The notes: generated by a model from the sequence alone, not told the origin. 64,000 nt of DNA from Spirochaetales bacterium (GCA_041798905.1 JBHCBD010000010.1:23200-87199); one strand, 5' to 3'; shown: positions 1 through 10,799, counted from the first letter of the stretch. Program-made: numbers and translations.

Positions 1-394
1 GCTTCTCGGCGTTCTTCTGCTTCTCCTCGTATGAAGGAGTCTTCTTGGTCAGATCAAGGATGGCCATGTCGGCCGCATCCCCAAGACGATTCTGGGTCTT
101 GATGATTCTGGTGTACCCGCCATTGACATCCACGTACATCGGTGCGATCTCCTTGAAAAGCTTCGCCAGCACAGCCTCATCATAGAGCTTCCTCGCAACG
201 ATTCGACGAGCGTGAACGCTGTCAACCTTTGCTCTGGTTATCATCTTCTCAACCATTCTCTGGACTTCCTTGGCCTTGGCCAATGTGGTCTCGATTCTCT
301 CATGGCGGAAGAACGATGTCGCCAGATTCCTCAGCAGAGCCTTGCGCTCCGCCGATGTCCTGCTAAGAGCATTGAATCCAATCTTATGCTTCAT
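1..394 (-). CDS. rplQ: 50S ribosomal protein L17 (partial, runs off window start)
   Basis: Hand translation of the minus strand from the ATG at 394-392 gives [18 protein letters not shown]..., an L17-type N-terminus. It overlaps the rpoA stop by 11 nt and sits in the canonical position downstream of rpoA. It is not in the ORF track because it is truncated by the window edge. Confidence 0.85.
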   Translation of the reverse strand, partial: MKHKIGFNALSRTSAERKALLRNLATSFFRHERIETTLAKAKEVQRMVEKMITRAKVDSVHARRIVARKLYDEAVLAKLFKEIAPMYVDVNGGYTRIIKTQNRLGDAADMAILDLTKKTPSYEEKQKNAEK

Positions 395-1433
395 TATTCT
401 CTTCCTTGTGTCCCGGGATCCTTATGGAGGTCTTAAGGACGCTGTAATCTGTCATACCCAAGCTCAAGCCCCATTCCTTGAGCTTTTCCTTGATTTCCGA
501 GAGGCTCTTCTTGCCGAAGTTCCTTGTCTTGGCAATCTCTTCCTCAGTCTTCTTGGTGAGGTCGCCGATTGTCCTTATGTTGGCGTTCTTCAGGCAGTTG
601 CTGGAGCGAACGGTCAGCTCAAGCTCTTCAACCGATGTGTTCAGGAGCTTTCTGACATTCTCTTCGGTCTCATCAATCTCGTCGCTTGCGCTTACGAGGC
701 TCTCATCGAAATTGATGAATATTGAGAAATGATCCTTGGCTATCTTGGCAGCCTCGGCAAGTGCGTTCTCAGGAGAGATTGTTCCATCCGTCCAGACTTC
801 CAAGATGAGCTTGTCATAGTCGTTTCGCTGTCCCACGCGGTACGGCTCGATTGAGTATTTGACCCTGAGAACCGGCGAGAAAACCGCATCGATAGGAATG
901 ACGCCGACTTCTTCCTTGTAGTTCTCGTTTATCTCCGCTGGGACATAGCCTCTGGACAGGTCAATCTGAACCTCAAGGTCGAAATGAGCATCCTCCATCA
1001 TTGTGATCAATTCCCACTCCGGATTCAGGATCTCCACTCTGCTCTTTGCAAAATCAGCTCCGGTGACGACGCCAGGCCCCTTGCATTCGACAAGTATGGT
1101 GTCTGACTCAATCTCCTCCGGCATCTGAATCCGCAGCTTCTTCATTCTCGCAAGAATCTCCGCTATGTCTTCCTTCACGCCGGGAATCGCCTGATACTCG
1201 CTGGAGATGAGATGCGCCCCGGACTCATCGTAATAGGTGATTTTGACACAGGTGACCGCACAGCCCTGGATTGAAGAAAGCAAGACACGCCTCAAGGTAT
1301 TGCCGATTGTCGTGCCGAATCCCCTTTCAAACGGGAATGCGACGAACTTTCCGTAATTCGAGTCTACCGTATCGTGTTCCAAAGAAACGGAACGGGGTTT
1401 CTTGAAACCCTTCATTAGGTTTTTTCTAGCCAT
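384..1433 (-). CDS. rpoA: DNA-directed RNA polymerase subunit alpha
   Basis: 349-aa ORF with an RpoA N-terminal domain ([17 protein letters not shown]) and C-terminal domain ([23 protein letters not shown]). Canonical position after rpsD. Confidence 0.97.
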   Translation of the reverse strand: MARKNLMKGFKKPRSVSLEHDTVDSNYGKFVAFPFERGFGTTIGNTLRRVLLSSIQGCAVTCVKITYYDESGAHLISSEYQAIPGVKEDIAEILARMKKLRIQMPEEIESDTILVECKGPGVVTGADFAKSRVEILNPEWELITMMEDAHFDLEVQIDLSRGYVPAEINENYKEEVGVIPIDAVFSPVLRVKYSIEPYRVGQRNDYDKLILEVWTDGTISPENALAEAAKIAKDHFSIFINFDESLVSASDEIDETEENVRKLLNTSVEELELTVRSSNCLKNANIRTIGDLTKKTEEEIAKTRNFGKKSLSEIKEKLKEWGLSLGMTDYSVLKTSIRIPGHKEENNEA

Positions 1434-1442
1434 TGTTGCTCC

Positions 1443-2084
1443 TTATCTGGAATACAGCTCAACAACCAACTGCTCGTTAATGTTCTCGAGTTCCTTAACC
1501 TCACTTCTTTGCGGAATAGCATTGAAAGTTCCCTTCAGCGCATCAATGTCAAGTGTTATCCAAGGCACTGTGCCGTTCTTGGAGAACTCTCCAAGGTTCT
1601 CCTTGAACAGGGTGATTTTCTGAGCGCGCGGGCTAAGGGATATCTCGTCGCCCGCCTTCACTCTGTAGGAAGGGATATCGACTCTCTTGCCATTGACGAA
1701 GACGTGCCCATGATTCACAAGCTGGGAAGCCTGAGCGCGGCTCGCTGCGAAGTGCATTCGGAAAACCACATTGTCAAGTCTGCGCTCGAGAATCCGTATG
1801 AGGTTCTCGCCGGTCTTCCCGGGCATCTTGGCCGCATCGGTGAAAGCAATGTAGAACTGCTTCTCAAGCATGCCGTAAAGCCTCTTGAGCTTCTGCTTCT
1901 CGCGAAGCATCACGCCGTAGTCCGTTGCTTTCCTTGAGCGCGCTCTCGGATCCTTCCCCGGAAGGCCGGACTCGCTCGGATTGTTCATGGGGCAATGGGC
2001 AGAGAGGCATCTTGTTCCCTTGAGGAACAGCTTTGCCCTTTCGGCTCTGCACAGCCTGCATTTAGGTCCTATATATCTTGCCAT
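1443..2084 (-). CDS. rpsD: 30S ribosomal protein S4
   Basis: 213-aa ORF starting MARYIGPKCRLCRAE, with an S4 domain. Alpha-operon order. Confidence 0.97.
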   Translation of the reverse strand: MARYIGPKCRLCRAERAKLFLKGTRCLSAHCPMNNPSESGLPGKDPRARSRKATDYGVMLREKQKLKRLYGMLEKQFYIAFTDAAKMPGKTGENLIRILERRLDNVVFRMHFAASRAQASQLVNHGHVFVNGKRVDIPSYRVKAGDEISLSPRAQKITLFKENLGEFSKNGTVPWITLDIDALKGTFNAIPQRSEVKELENINEQLVVELYSR

Positions 2085-2102
2085 ACTGCATCTGCTCCTT
2101 CA

Positions 2103-2480
2103 TCAAATTCTTCTGGTCTTTCTGGGTCTGCATCCATTGTGAGGGATCGGAGTCACGTCACGGATGGATTTGACCACAAGACCAAGCGTTCCAAGCGATC
2201 TGATAGCAGACTCGCGCCCCTGGCCGGGCCCCTTGACAAACACGTTGACCTCACGAAGGCCGAAATCCATCGCCTTCTTGGCTGCGGTCTCGCATGTTGT
2301 CTGAGCTGCGTAGGGAGTGGACTTCTTGGCGCCGCGGAATCCCAAGCCGCCTGCGCTTGACCAAGACACAGCGTTGCCCGTGAGATCGGTGACTGTGATG
2401 ATCGTGTTGTTGAAGGTTGCCTGAATATAGACATTGCCCTCATATACAGTCTTCTTGACTTTGCGTTTTGCGTTAGCCAT
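2103..2480 (-). CDS. rpsK: 30S ribosomal protein S11
   Basis: 125-aa ORF containing [14 protein letters not shown]...[14 protein letters not shown], typical of S11. Confidence 0.97.
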   Translation of the reverse strand: MANAKRKVKKTVYEGNVYIQATFNNTIITVTDLTGNAVSWSSAGGLGFRGAKKSTPYAAQTTCETAAKKAMDFGLREVNVFVKGPGQGRESAIRSLGTLGLVVKSIRDVTPIPHNGCRPRKTRRI

Positions 2481-2490
2481 CTTCTACTCC

Positions 2491-2856
2491 TTACTTCTTC
2501 TTCCCGGCTACGGTCTTCTTCTTGCCCTTTCTGGTGCGCGCATTGGTTCTGGTCCTCTGCCCGCGCACTGGAAGCCCCTTCCTGTGCCTAAGTCCACGGT
2601 AGCATCCGATATCCATCAATCTCTTGATGTTCAGGGCGGTTTCAGTGCGAAGGCGTCCTTCGACCTTGAAATCACTTTCAATGTACTTCCTTAGCTCTGC
2701 GACCTGATCGGCGGTCAGTGTGTTCATCCTGGCTTCGGGATCAACTCCTGTCTGCTTGCAAATCTCGAGGGCAGAAGTCCTGCCGATGCCGTAGATATAG
2801 GTCAAAGCAATCTTCGTAGCTTTATTCGGTAAATCTACACCTGCAATTCTCGCCAT
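2491..2856 (-). CDS. rpsM: 30S ribosomal protein S13
   Basis: 121-aa ORF starting [10 protein letters not shown]...[10 protein letters not shown], typical of S13. Confidence 0.97.
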   Translation of the reverse strand: MARIAGVDLPNKATKIALTYIYGIGRTSALEICKQTGVDPEARMNTLTADQVAELRKYIESDFKVEGRLRTETALNIKRLMDIGCYRGLRHRKGLPVRGQRTRTNARTRKGKKKTVAGKKK

Positions 2857-2886
2857 TAATGGCCTCCTGATTATTACCTAGAGATG

Positions 2887-3000
2887 CTATTTCTGTCTCT
2901 GTTTATGCTTCGGGTTGTCGCAGATGATCCTCACGACTCCCTTTCTTCTTATAACCTTGCACTTATCGCAAATAGGCTTGACACTTGCTCTCACTTTCAT
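2887..3000 (-). CDS. rpmJ: 50S ribosomal protein L36 (Zn-ribbon type)
   Basis: Hand translation gives [37 protein letters not shown] followed by stop (37 aa). It is below the ORF-track length cutoff and lies between secY and rpsM. Confidence 0.92.
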   Translation of the reverse strand: MKVRASVKPICDKCKVIRRKGVVRIICDNPKHKQRQK

Positions 3001-3015
3001 GATTGCGCTCCTAAA

Positions 3016-4359
3016 CTAAAGGTTCTTCGCCTTTTTCTTTCTCTTCGAATCGAAGATGCCATCAAAGTGATGGGTCTTCATCTCGGCTTCGATCTGCTTC
3101 ATCATCTCCACGTCAACCCCGACAAGAATCATCATGGAAGTTCCGCCGAACAGCATGGACACCGCCTGGGGGAACTTGAAGATAATCTGAATGAGCGTTG
3201 GAATCAGGGCTATGAAGGCAAGGAACAACGACCCGGGAAGAACAATCCTGTTAAGCACCTTGGTCAGGTAAACCTCCAGGAAATCCTTTCCATGGGAATC
3301 CTTTCCGGGTCTTACGCCGCGCACCGTTCCTCCATTCTCCCTGATGTTCCTGGCCATCTCCTGCGGGTTCAGCGTCACCTGAGTGTAGAAGAAAGCAAAC
3401 GCTATAATCAGCAGGGTGTAGATAATCAGATAGGGGGCGCCCTGAGGATTAAGCCAGTCCGAGAAGGAGGCGAGCCATTTCACACTGGGGCCAAGCGCAT
3501 TGGCAATCGTCAGCGGGAATGAGAGTATGGCCGAAGCAAAGATGACCGGGATTACTCCGGAGGGGTTTATCTTGAAGGGAATGTATGTGCTCTGCGCACC
3601 GTACATCTTCCTTCCGACAACACGCTTGGCGTAATCAACAGGTATCTTTCTCTGGCCTTCCTCTTCACAGACGACCAGCGCAACCACGATGATGAACATC
3701 ACGAGGAGGATGACCACCAGAACCGGGTTGTAGGTGCCGGCGCCGATTCCCCTTGCAAGGATGGTCAGGCCGCTCGGTATCCTGGCTACGATTCCGGCGA
3801 ATATAAGCAGTGAGATGCCGTTTCCGACCCCATACTGCGTTATCTTCTCCCCCAGCCACACGAGGAACATGGTTCCGGTGGTGACTGTAAGCAGCGCAAT
3901 GAATGTGAAAGGCACGATTCCTATCGTCAATGCCCCTGCAATCGACTTGGCATAGACTGTGACAACATAAGACTCGATCAATCCAACGACAATCGTGCCG
4001 TATCTTGTGTATCTCTGCATCTTCCGCCTGCCGGATGCATCCATCCCAAGCTTCTTGAGAGAGGGGACAATCAGCATGAGGAGCTGCAGGATTATCTGCA
4101 TTGATATGTACGGCATGACGCCGAGCATGAACAACGAGAAATTCGAGAAAGCTCCGCCGGAGAAGAAATTCAGATACTCGGTGATACCAATTGACGTGGA
4201 GGAGGATTCAGCGAGAAAGTACTGTTCAAGAACATTCGGATCTATGCCCGGAATTGGAATCACCGTTCCGATTCGGCTGACGGCAAGGAGAAGAAATGTG
4301 ATTATTATCTTCTTTTTCAGCTCCTTTATCCTGAACATGTCCACTAAAGCATTTGACAT
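3016..4359 (-). CDS. secY: Preprotein translocase subunit SecY
   Basis: 447-aa polytopic ORF with SecY motifs (GIMPYISAS-like GVMPYISMQI). Located at the end of the spc operon. Confidence 0.97.
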   Translation of the reverse strand: MSNALVDMFRIKELKKKIIITFLLLAVSRIGTVIPIPGIDPNVLEQYFLAESSSTSIGITEYLNFFSGGAFSNFSLFMLGVMPYISMQIILQLLMLIVPSLKKLGMDASGRRKMQRYTRYGTIVVGLIESYVVTVYAKSIAGALTIGIVPFTFIALLTVTTGTMFLVWLGEKITQYGVGNGISLLIFAGIVARIPSGLTILARGIGAGTYNPVLVVILLVMFIIVVALVVCEEEGQRKIPVDYAKRVVGRKMYGAQSTYIPFKINPSGVIPVIFASAILSFPLTIANALGPSVKWLASFSDWLNPQGAPYLIIYTLLIIAFAFFYTQVTLNPQEMARNIRENGGTVRGVRPGKDSHGKDFLEVYLTKVLNRIVLPGSLFLAFIALIPTLIQIIFKFPQAVSMLFGGTSMMILVGVDVEMMKQIEAEMKTHHFDGIFDSKRKKKAKNL

Positions 4360-4374
4360 CGCGCTTATCCTTCT

Positions 4375-4806
4375 TTATTTGATTTCTCCGCCGGCGGCCT
4401 TGATCTTCTCAGCGGCGGCAGCGGATATCTTCAATCCATCAACGACAACCTTCTTGGTGATCTCGCCATTCGCAAGAATCTTGACAAGCACATCCACTCC
4501 CTTGACAGCCATGCATTCCTTCAAGGTGTCGATGCTGACAACATCGCCGTCATTGAACTTCGAGTCGATGACATCAAGTGATATGGCAACGTAATCTTTC
4601 TTGAAAGGATAGTTGGAGAAGCCTCTGCGAGCCACTCTTCTGTAAAGAGGCATCTGCCCGCCTTCGAAGCCGGGCCTTGTCCCTCCGCCGGAGCGGGAGT
4701 TCTGTCCCTTGTGGCCGCGTCCGCAGGTGCGCCCCTTGGAGGATGCACCACGGCCAACTATCGTCTTCTTCTTAGTAGCTCCTTCGGGTTTAACAATCTG
4801 TGCCAT
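4375..4806 (-). CDS. rplO: 50S ribosomal protein L15
   Basis: 143-aa ORF containing GRGHKGQNSRSGGGTRPGFEGGQMPLYRR, typical of L15. Confidence 0.96.
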   Translation of the reverse strand: MAQIVKPEGATKKKTIVGRGASSKGRTCGRGHKGQNSRSGGGTRPGFEGGQMPLYRRVARRGFSNYPFKKDYVAISLDVIDSKFNDGDVVSIDTLKECMAVKGVDVLVKILANGEITKKVVVDGLKISAAAAEKIKAAGGEIK

Positions 4807-4995
4807 TTAAATCTCCTCGACCTTAACAAGATGCTGAATAACCCTGATCATCCCATTCGTGGATGGAGTAGCATCCTTAACAACGAAACTGCTTATCTTA
4901 CCAAGCCCGAGAGCCTTGGCTGTCCTTCTCTGTGCAGGAAGCGAGCCAGCCAGGCTCCTGACCAATGTGATTTTCACCTGCTTTGCCATAATCAA
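4807..4995 (-). CDS. rpmD: 50S ribosomal protein L30
   Basis: 62-aa ORF (KITLVRSLAG...RTAKALGL) between rpsE and rplO. The start could be 2 codons downstream. Confidence 0.9.
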   Translation of the reverse strand: MIMAKQVKITLVRSLAGSLPAQRRTAKALGLGKISSFVVKDATPSTNGMIRVIQHLVKVEEI

Positions 4996-5645
4996 CCCCA
5001 GATTTCCTTCACAGACTTTCCTCTGATCTTAGCGACTTGAGCGGCTGTCATCAAATGCTCCAGCCCCACGAAGGCGGCCTTCACAGTGTTGATGGTGTTC
5101 TTGGAGCCAAGAGACTTGCTCAGAATATCGGTTATGCCGCAGGCCTCGCAGACTGCCCTGACGGAGCTTCCGGCGATGACGCCTGTTCCGGGAGCGGCCG
5201 GCTTGAGCACTACAGTGGCGCTCTTGTACTGCCCGATGATCTCATGAGGAATGGTGCCGTTCTTAAGCTGAACCTCAACCATCTTCTCCCTTGACTTCTC
5301 TGTGGCTTTCTTCACCGCTTCGCTGACATCGTTTGCCTTGCCGAATCCGAATCCGACCTTGCCTTTCTGATCCCCGGAGATGACAATCGCCGAGAAAGAC
5401 TGGCGGCGTCCGCCCTTGACTGTCTTGCTGCAGCGTCTTATCTTGATGGTCTTCTCAAAGAATTCCTTCTCCCTGGGCTCCCGCCTGTCCCTTGAGCCGA
5501 AGCGCCTGTCGCCCCTGCCGCGGAACGATCTGGACGGCTTCCCATCGGCCGCAGCCTCGGAATCGGGGGCCTGGGTCTCCACAGCATCAAGCTGCTCGTC
5601 CTCAACTATTTCGGTATCGATTTTCCTAATATCTTCAGTATCCAC
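4992..5645 (-). CDS. rpsE: 30S ribosomal protein S5 with a roughly 60-aa N-terminal extension
   Basis: 217-aa ORF. The S5 core (RCSKTVKGGRRQSFSAIVISGD...) is preceded by an acidic stretch and then an Arg/Gly-rich segment. It overlaps rpmD by 4 nt. Confidence 0.93.
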   Translation of the reverse strand: MDTEDIRKIDTEIVEDEQLDAVETQAPDSEAAADGKPSRSFRGRGDRRFGSRDRREPREKEFFEKTIKIRRCSKTVKGGRRQSFSAIVISGDQKGKVGFGFGKANDVSEAVKKATEKSREKMVEVQLKNGTIPHEIIGQYKSATVVLKPAAPGTGVIAGSSVRAVCEACGITDILSKSLGSKNTINTVKAAFVGLEHLMTAAQVAKIRGKSVKEIWG

Positions 5646-5654
5646 AATGTCCCC

Positions 5655-6014
5655 CTAGAATTTCACGCCAGCCTTGCGGGCGCCATCGGCGATTGCTTTG
5701 ACGATTCCATGATAGAGATACCCGTTTCTATCGAACACGACTGTCTCAACCTTGTTCTCAAGGCATCTTTTTCCTATAATCTCGCCGAGCTTTGCTGCAT
5801 TCTCGACATTGTTGCGAAGCTCCTTAAGCTCCTTCTCCACAGTGCTGGCGCTGACCAGCGTGCGACCGACAGTGTCGTCAATCACCTGGACATACATGTG
5901 GAGGTTGCTTCTGAAAACCGTCATTCTGGGCCGCATCGCCGTTCCGGAGATGGACTTCCTGATATGAAGCTTTCTTTTAGCGCGCTTTCTGTTCTTATCT
6001 GTGATTCTACTCAT
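5655..6014 (-). CDS. rplR: 50S ribosomal protein L18
   Basis: 119-aa ORF containing [20 protein letters not shown]...[14 protein letters not shown], typical of L18. Confidence 0.96.
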   Translation of the reverse strand: MSRITDKNRKRAKRKLHIRKSISGTAMRPRMTVFRSNLHMYVQVIDDTVGRTLVSASTVEKELKELRNNVENAAKLGEIIGKRCLENKVETVVFDRNGYLYHGIVKAIADGARKAGVKF

Positions 6015-6032
6015 ACTTGCATCCTGCCACTA

Positions 6033-6575
6033 TTATTTCTTCCCACCGGTCTTGCCAACCTTGCGGCGGATGACCTCGGTGTCATATTTGATGCCCTTGC
6101 CCTTGTACGGCTCAGGCCCTCTCAAGCTGCGTATCTCGGCGCTGACCTGGCCGACCTGCTGCTTGCTGATTCCGCTGACCTTGATCTTGGTCGGGCCATC
6201 GCAGGTGATCTCGATTCCTTTCGGGATGACGTATTCGATGGCTGTTGAATAGCCAAGCGTCAAAACCAGCACATTGCCCTTGAGGTCAGCGCGATAGCCG
6301 ACTCCGTTTATGGTGAGGGACTTCGAGAATCCTTTGGAGACCCCTTCCACCATGTTGTGAATCAGCATCCTGTACAGCCCGTGATAGGCGTTGGACGCAT
6401 TCGTGTCATCGGTGCGCTTGACAAGAATCTCGTTGTCCTTGATTTCAATCGCAACCTCCGGCCTCTCCTTCTGGGTCAGGGTTCCCTTGGGGCCCTTGAC
6501 GGTGATCACCCCATCGGCCTGCGATATTTCAACCCCCTTGGGCAGCTGGATAGGCAATTTACCAATACGTGACAT
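6033..6575 (-). CDS. rplF: 50S ribosomal protein L6
   Basis: 180-aa ORF starting MSRIGKLPIQLPKGVE, typical of L6. Confidence 0.96.
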   Translation of the reverse strand: MSRIGKLPIQLPKGVEISQADGVITVKGPKGTLTQKERPEVAIEIKDNEILVKRTDDTNASNAYHGLYRMLIHNMVEGVSKGFSKSLTINGVGYRADLKGNVLVLTLGYSTAIEYVIPKGIEITCDGPTKIKVSGISKQQVGQVSAEIRSLRGPEPYKGKGIKYDTEVIRRKVGKTGGKK

Positions 6576-6585
6576 ATCAATCTCC

Positions 6586-6984
6586 TTACCATACCTTGCA
6601 GATCAGCTCTCCGCCAACCTGCTTCTCTGCCGCCTTTCTGCCGGTGAGAACACCGGAAGAAGTTGAAACCACCACGATGCCAAGGCCGTTGAATATCCTG
6701 GGCATGTCCTTGTAGCCGGAATAGACCCGGCGTCCGGGCGTGGAGACCCTGTCAATTCCGTGGATGACGGGAGCCTGGTTCTCATCATACTTAAGATAGA
6801 CTCTCAAGCAGGAGATTCCATCCTTGGAAACCTTCTTGAAATTCTTTATGAAGCCCTCGTTCTTCAATATCTTTATGATTTGAAGCTTGAGCTTTGAACT
6901 TGTGATATCTACTTTCTCATGCTTTGCAAGACTGCCATTGCGAATCTTAGTCAGCATGTCAGCAACTGGATCGCTTACTGCCAT
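6586..6984 (-). CDS. rpsH: 30S ribosomal protein S8
   Basis: 132-aa ORF containing [13 protein letters not shown], typical of S8. Confidence 0.96.
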   Translation of the reverse strand: MAVSDPVADMLTKIRNGSLAKHEKVDITSSKLKLQIIKILKNEGFIKNFKKVSKDGISCLRVYLKYDENQAPVIHGIDRVSTPGRRVYSGYKDMPRIFNGLGIVVVSTSSGVLTGRKAAEKQVGGELICKVW

Positions 6985-6994
6985 TTCACTTCTC

Positions 6995-7180
6995 CTACCA
7001 ACTAGATTTGGTCACGCCAGGAATCTGGCCTTCACTTGCGAGCTTGCGGAAGCAAATCCTGCACATCTCGAACTTTCTCATGTACCCACGAGGCCTTCCG
7101 CAGATCTTGCAGCGATTATAAGCCCTTGTGCTGAACTTAGGTGTTCTGTTCGCCTTTATCACCATTGATTTCTTAGCCAT
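6995..7180 (-). CDS. rpsZ: 30S ribosomal protein S14, short zinc-binding (type Z) form
   Basis: 61-aa ORF with [22 protein letters not shown] (two CxxC pairs). Confidence 0.94.
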   Translation of the reverse strand: MAKKSMVIKANRTPKFSTRAYNRCKICGRPRGYMRKFEMCRICFRKLASEGQIPGVTKSSW

Positions 7181-7194
7181 TTATCTCTCCTGAC

Positions 7195-7752
7195 TCACTT
7201 GCTGAAAGGCATTCCGAGCTTCTTGAGAAGAGCGAAGCCTTCCTCATCGGTCTTGGCGGTAGTGACAATCGCGATGTTCAATCCGCTTATCTGCTCAATC
7301 TTATCGAAATCAATCTCCGGGAATATGATCTGCTCAGTGATTCCCAGGGAATAGTTGCCATGCCCATCGAAAGCATTCGGCTTGACGCCCCTGAAGTCCT
7401 TCACGCGAGGGAGGGCGATGCATATCAGCCTCTCCAGGAAGAACCACATGTTGTCTCCCCTGAGCGTGACCATTGCGCCGATTTCCATCCCTTCACGAAG
7501 CTTGAAGTTCGCAATCGACTTGCGCGCCTTTGTCTTCACGACATGCTGTCCGGTGATCTGCTCAAGCTCCTTGACCGCTGCATCAAGCAGTTTCTTGTTC
7601 GTTATCGCCTCGCCGATGCCGACGCTCACGACTATCTTCTCAAGAGTCGGAACTTCCATCTTGGACTTGAAATTGAAGTCCTTGAAAAGCTCCGGAGCAA
7701 CTTCCTGAAGATATTTCCTCTTAAAGTTTGGTATGAACTTCTCGTTTTCCAT
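7195..7752 (-). CDS. rplE: 50S ribosomal protein L5
   Basis: 185-aa ORF with an L5 signature ([20 protein letters not shown]). Confidence 0.96.
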   Translation of the reverse strand: MENEKFIPNFKRKYLQEVAPELFKDFNFKSKMEVPTLEKIVVSVGIGEAITNKKLLDAAVKELEQITGQHVVKTKARKSIANFKLREGMEIGAMVTLRGDNMWFFLERLICIALPRVKDFRGVKPNAFDGHGNYSLGITEQIIFPEIDFDKIEQISGLNIAIVTTAKTDEEGFALLKKLGMPFSK

Positions 7753-8069
7753 TATACAGTCTCTCCGGTCTTCTTGGCGTAGCGGACTTTCTTGCCGTCC
7801 TTGTCAAGCTTGTATCCGATCCTGCTGGTCTCTCCGGTGCTTTGATTCACCACGAAGGCGACGTTGGAAACATGAATCGGAGCCTCGATCTTGGAGATTC
7901 CGCCCTTGTCCTGGGCATTGCGCTTCTTCATGGCCTTGCTGACCATGTTGACTCCCAGGATGTAGACTCTCTCGTTCTCAGGGTCAATCTTGATGATCTT
8001 GCCGGACTTTCCCTTTTCCTTTCCGGCGATCACCTTGACGATGTCATTCTTCTTAAGTCTCATAGACAT
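7752..8069 (-). CDS. rplX: 50S ribosomal protein L24
   Basis: 105-aa ORF with a KOW motif ([17 protein letters not shown]). Confidence 0.95.
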   Translation of the reverse strand: MSMRLKKNDIVKVIAGKEKGKSGKIIKIDPENERVYILGVNMVSKAMKKRNAQDKGGISKIEAPIHVSNVAFVVNQSTGETSRIGYKLDKDGKKVRYAKKTGETV

Positions 8070-8073
8070 TCTC

Positions 8074-8439
8074 CTACAACACTTCCGGCGCGAGTGACAC
8101 GATCTTCATGAAGCCGTTTCTCAGCTCGCGGGCGACAGGCCCGAAGATGCGCTTTCCGCGGGGGTTATTGTTGGCATCAACGACAACGCAGGCGTTGTCA
8201 TCGAACCTGATATAGGTACCGTCAGGTCTTCGGTATTCCTTGCTAACTCTGACAATCACAGCTTTCAGAACATCGCCTTTCTTTATGGCTCCGTTCGGAA
8301 GCGCGTCCTTGACCGCCACCACAATGACATCGCCGATGCCAGCGATGTACCTGTGGCTTCCGCCCAGAACCTTTATGCACTGGACAAGCCTTGCACCGCT
8401 GTTGTCAGCGACATTCAAATAAGTCTGCATCTGAATCAT
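8074..8439 (-). CDS. rplN: 50S ribosomal protein L14
   Basis: 121-aa ORF starting [17 protein letters not shown], typical of L14. Confidence 0.97.
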   Translation of the reverse strand: MIQMQTYLNVADNSGARLVQCIKVLGGSHRYIAGIGDVIVVAVKDALPNGAIKKGDVLKAVIVRVSKEYRRPDGTYIRFDDNACVVVDANNNPRGKRIFGPVARELRNGFMKIVSLAPEVL

Positions 8440-8450
8440 AATCGCGCTCC

Positions 8451-8702
8451 TTATTTTGCCCTTGCCAGAATCTCAACAAGACGCCAGCAGGTGTCCTTGC
8501 TGAAATGACGGCATTCGACAACACGGACTGTATCGCCGATATGAGCCTCATTACGCTCGTCATGCGCCTTGACCTTCTTGGTCTTGGTCACATACTTCTT
8601 GTAAAGAGGGTGCAATCTCCTGGATTCAATGGCCACGACGATGGTCTTGTCCATCTTGTCGCTGGTAACCATGCCTGTAAAACTCTTCTTATTGCCTTCC
8701 AT
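8451..8702 (-). CDS. rpsQ: 30S ribosomal protein S17
   Basis: 83-aa ORF containing [17 protein letters not shown]...[19 protein letters not shown]. Confidence 0.95.
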   Translation of the reverse strand: MEGNKKSFTGMVTSDKMDKTIVVAIESRRLHPLYKKYVTKTKKVKAHDERNEAHIGDTVRVVECRHFSKDTCWRLVEILARAK

Positions 8703-8720
8703 TTTACGCCACGCCCTCTC

Positions 8721-8930
8721 TTACTTGTTTTTTCTGATGCCCAGCTCATACTCGTGGATGATAGTGTTCAGCCTGGCTATGTTCCGTCTTGTGTTTCTGA
8801 GCGCAAGCGGATTGTCCAGATGGCTGATCACCTTGCTCATCCTGAGATCCAGATATTCCCTGCGAAGATCTTCGCGTGTCTTCACGAGTTCATCGTATGA
8901 CATCTTTTCGTATGAATTCTTCATAATCAC
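8721..8930 (-). CDS. rpmC: 50S ribosomal protein L29
   Basis: 69-aa ORF between rplP and rpsQ with an L29-like helical sequence ([18 protein letters not shown]). It overlaps the rplP stop by 4 nt. Confidence 0.9.
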   Translation of the reverse strand: MIMKNSYEKMSYDELVKTREDLRREYLDLRMSKVISHLDNPLALRNTRRNIARLNTIIHEYELGIRKNK

Positions 8931-9343
8931 TCCACAATTCTCTTGGCAACGAACTTGGTCTTGATGGGCAGCTTGGATGCGGCAAGTTCGAATGCCTCGC
9001 GCGCCGAAGTCTCATCAACGCCTCCCATCTCAAAAAGAACGGCCCCCGTCTTGACCACAGCGACCCAGCCTTCCGGATTGCCTTTGCCGTTTCCCTGCCT
9101 TGTCTCCGCAGGCTTCTTTGTGAAAGGCATGTCAGGATATATCCTGATCCAGACCTGGCCGCCGCGCTTTATGCGGCGGGTCATGGCGACTCTCGCCGCC
9201 TCGATCTGCCTGTTGGTGATCCACTTAGGCTCAAGCGCAAGAAGGCCAAACTCCCCGAAGGCGATCGTGTTGCCGCGGTGGGCGACCCCATCGGTCTTGC
9301 CTCTCTGCTTCTTCCTGTATTTTATTCTCTTTGGACTAAGCAT
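8927..9343 (-). CDS. rplP: 50S ribosomal protein L16
   Basis: 138-aa ORF starting [15 protein letters not shown], typical of L16. Confidence 0.97.
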   Translation of the reverse strand: MLSPKRIKYRKKQRGKTDGVAHRGNTIAFGEFGLLALEPKWITNRQIEAARVAMTRRIKRGGQVWIRIYPDMPFTKKPAETRQGNGKGNPEGWVAVVKTGAVLFEMGGVDETSAREAFELAASKLPIKTKFVAKRIVE

Positions 9344-9347
9344 GGAT

Positions 9348-10052
9348 TTACCTCACTTCAGCCGCCGGAACAGCATCAGCAGCCTTGTCGGCAGCCTCTG
9401 CGGCATTCCTGCCGGTCTTGTCATAGATCTCGCCGTTAAACACCCACACCTTGACGCCGATGGCGCCGAAGCTTGTGTTTGCGGTTGAAAATCCATAATC
9501 GATGTCGGATCTGAGCGTATGCAGAGGAACGCGTCCCTCCTTGACCCACTCCGACCTGGATATCTCGGCTCCACCAAGACGTCCTGACACCCTGATCTTT
9601 ATGCCCTGGACTCCGGCAAGCATCGCCTTCTGAACGGCGTTCTTGAGAATCCTCTTGTAAGATCCGCGGGCTACAAGCTGGCGGGCTACGTTTGCCGAAA
9701 TAAGCTGCGCATCCTTTTCGGCATGCTCAACGCTTCTGATCTTGATCTGAATCTGCTTTGAAGACATCTTCTGAAGATCGCTGCTCAGCTTCTCGACAGT
9801 CGCTCCCTTCGTGCCTATTATCACGCCCGGGCGGCTTGTGCTTATGAGAATCGTGATTCTCTGCGGCTTTCTGCTTATCTCAACGTTGGAAATCTCCGCA
9901 CCCTGCACTTCAGGAGCGGCGAGAAGGGCTTTGCGGAGCTTCAGATCCTCATGGAGAGTCTCTGCATAATCCCTTGGATCAACATACCATTTCGACTGCC
10001 AGGTCTTGTTAACTCCAACCCGAAGTCCGACTGGATTAACTTTCTGTCCCAT
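9348..10052 (-). CDS. rpsC: 30S ribosomal protein S3
   Basis: 234-aa ORF starting [13 protein letters not shown], with KH and S3-C domains. Confidence 0.97.
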   Translation of the reverse strand: MGQKVNPVGLRVGVNKTWQSKWYVDPRDYAETLHEDLKLRKALLAAPEVQGAEISNVEISRKPQRITILISTSRPGVIIGTKGATVEKLSSDLQKMSSKQIQIKIRSVEHAEKDAQLISANVARQLVARGSYKRILKNAVQKAMLAGVQGIKIRVSGRLGGAEISRSEWVKEGRVPLHTLRSDIDYGFSTANTSFGAIGVKVWVFNGEIYDKTGRNAAEAADKAADAVPAAEVR

Positions 10053-10415
10053 TTATTTCCCCGCCCTTTCGCTTACAGCGACTGTGATGTGCGACATCCT
10101 CTTAAGAAGAATATCCCGCTTTCCGTGAGACCTGGCCCAGACTCTCTTGAGCCTGGGTCCGTCGTCCACAAGAAGCTGGGAGACAAAAAGCTGCTCTTCG
10201 TCAAGCTTCCTGTTGGCAAAGGTGGCGTTGGCGACCGCGGACTGCAGGACCTTGAGAATCAACCTGGATCCTTTGTGCGGCAGCGCCTCCAGAATTCCAA
10301 CCGCTTCATAGTAAGGCTTCCGCCTGACAAGATCGGCCACCGGGCGAACCTTGCTCGGTGAAACCATCAGGTACTTTGCGCAAGCCTTGTATTCTTTCTT
10401 AGCTTCCATACTCAT
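10053..10415 (-). CDS. rplV: 50S ribosomal protein L22
   Basis: 120-aa ORF with SPSKVRPVADLVRRK and VDDGPRLKR, typical of L22. Confidence 0.95.
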   Translation of the reverse strand: MSMEAKKEYKACAKYLMVSPSKVRPVADLVRRKPYYEAVGILEALPHKGSRLILKVLQSAVANATFANRKLDEEQLFVSQLLVDDGPRLKRVWARSHGKRDILLKRMSHITVAVSERAGK

Positions 10416-10424
10416 ACTCTACCT

Positions 10425-10799
10425 CTACTCTGCTGACGCAGCCGGAGCCCCGCCGGCCGCCGGGGCGGCAGGCGCCGCAGCCGGAGCCGCGGAAGAAGCG
10501 GCTGAAGACGATGATGAACCGCCCTCAGATGACCTCTTGTCTGAATTGACATGCGAACGGAAAATCCTTGTCGGCGCGAACTCGCCGAGCTTGTGGCCGA
10601 CCAGGTTATCGGTCACATAGACCGTCACCCAGGACTTGCCGTTGTATACGTTTATGTTCAGACCAATCATATCAGGAGTAATCGTCGAGCTGCGGGAATA
10701 CGTCTTGATGATCTGAGTCTGATTAGCTTTGTTTGTCTTTGCAACCCTCTTTGCCAGATTGGCATCTACAAATGGGCCTTTCTTAATTGACCTTGACAC
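10425..10799 (-). CDS. rpsS: 30S ribosomal protein S19 with a low-complexity Ser/Ala/Pro C-terminal tail
   Basis: 124-aa ORF. The S19 core ([12 protein letters not shown]...[11 protein letters not shown]) is followed by [35 protein letters not shown]. Confidence 0.94.
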   Translation of the reverse strand: MSRSIKKGPFVDANLAKRVAKTNKANQTQIIKTYSRSSTITPDMIGLNINVYNGKSWVTVYVTDNLVGHKLGEFAPTRIFRSHVNSDKRSSEGGSSSSSAASSAAPAAAPAAPAAGGAPAASAE

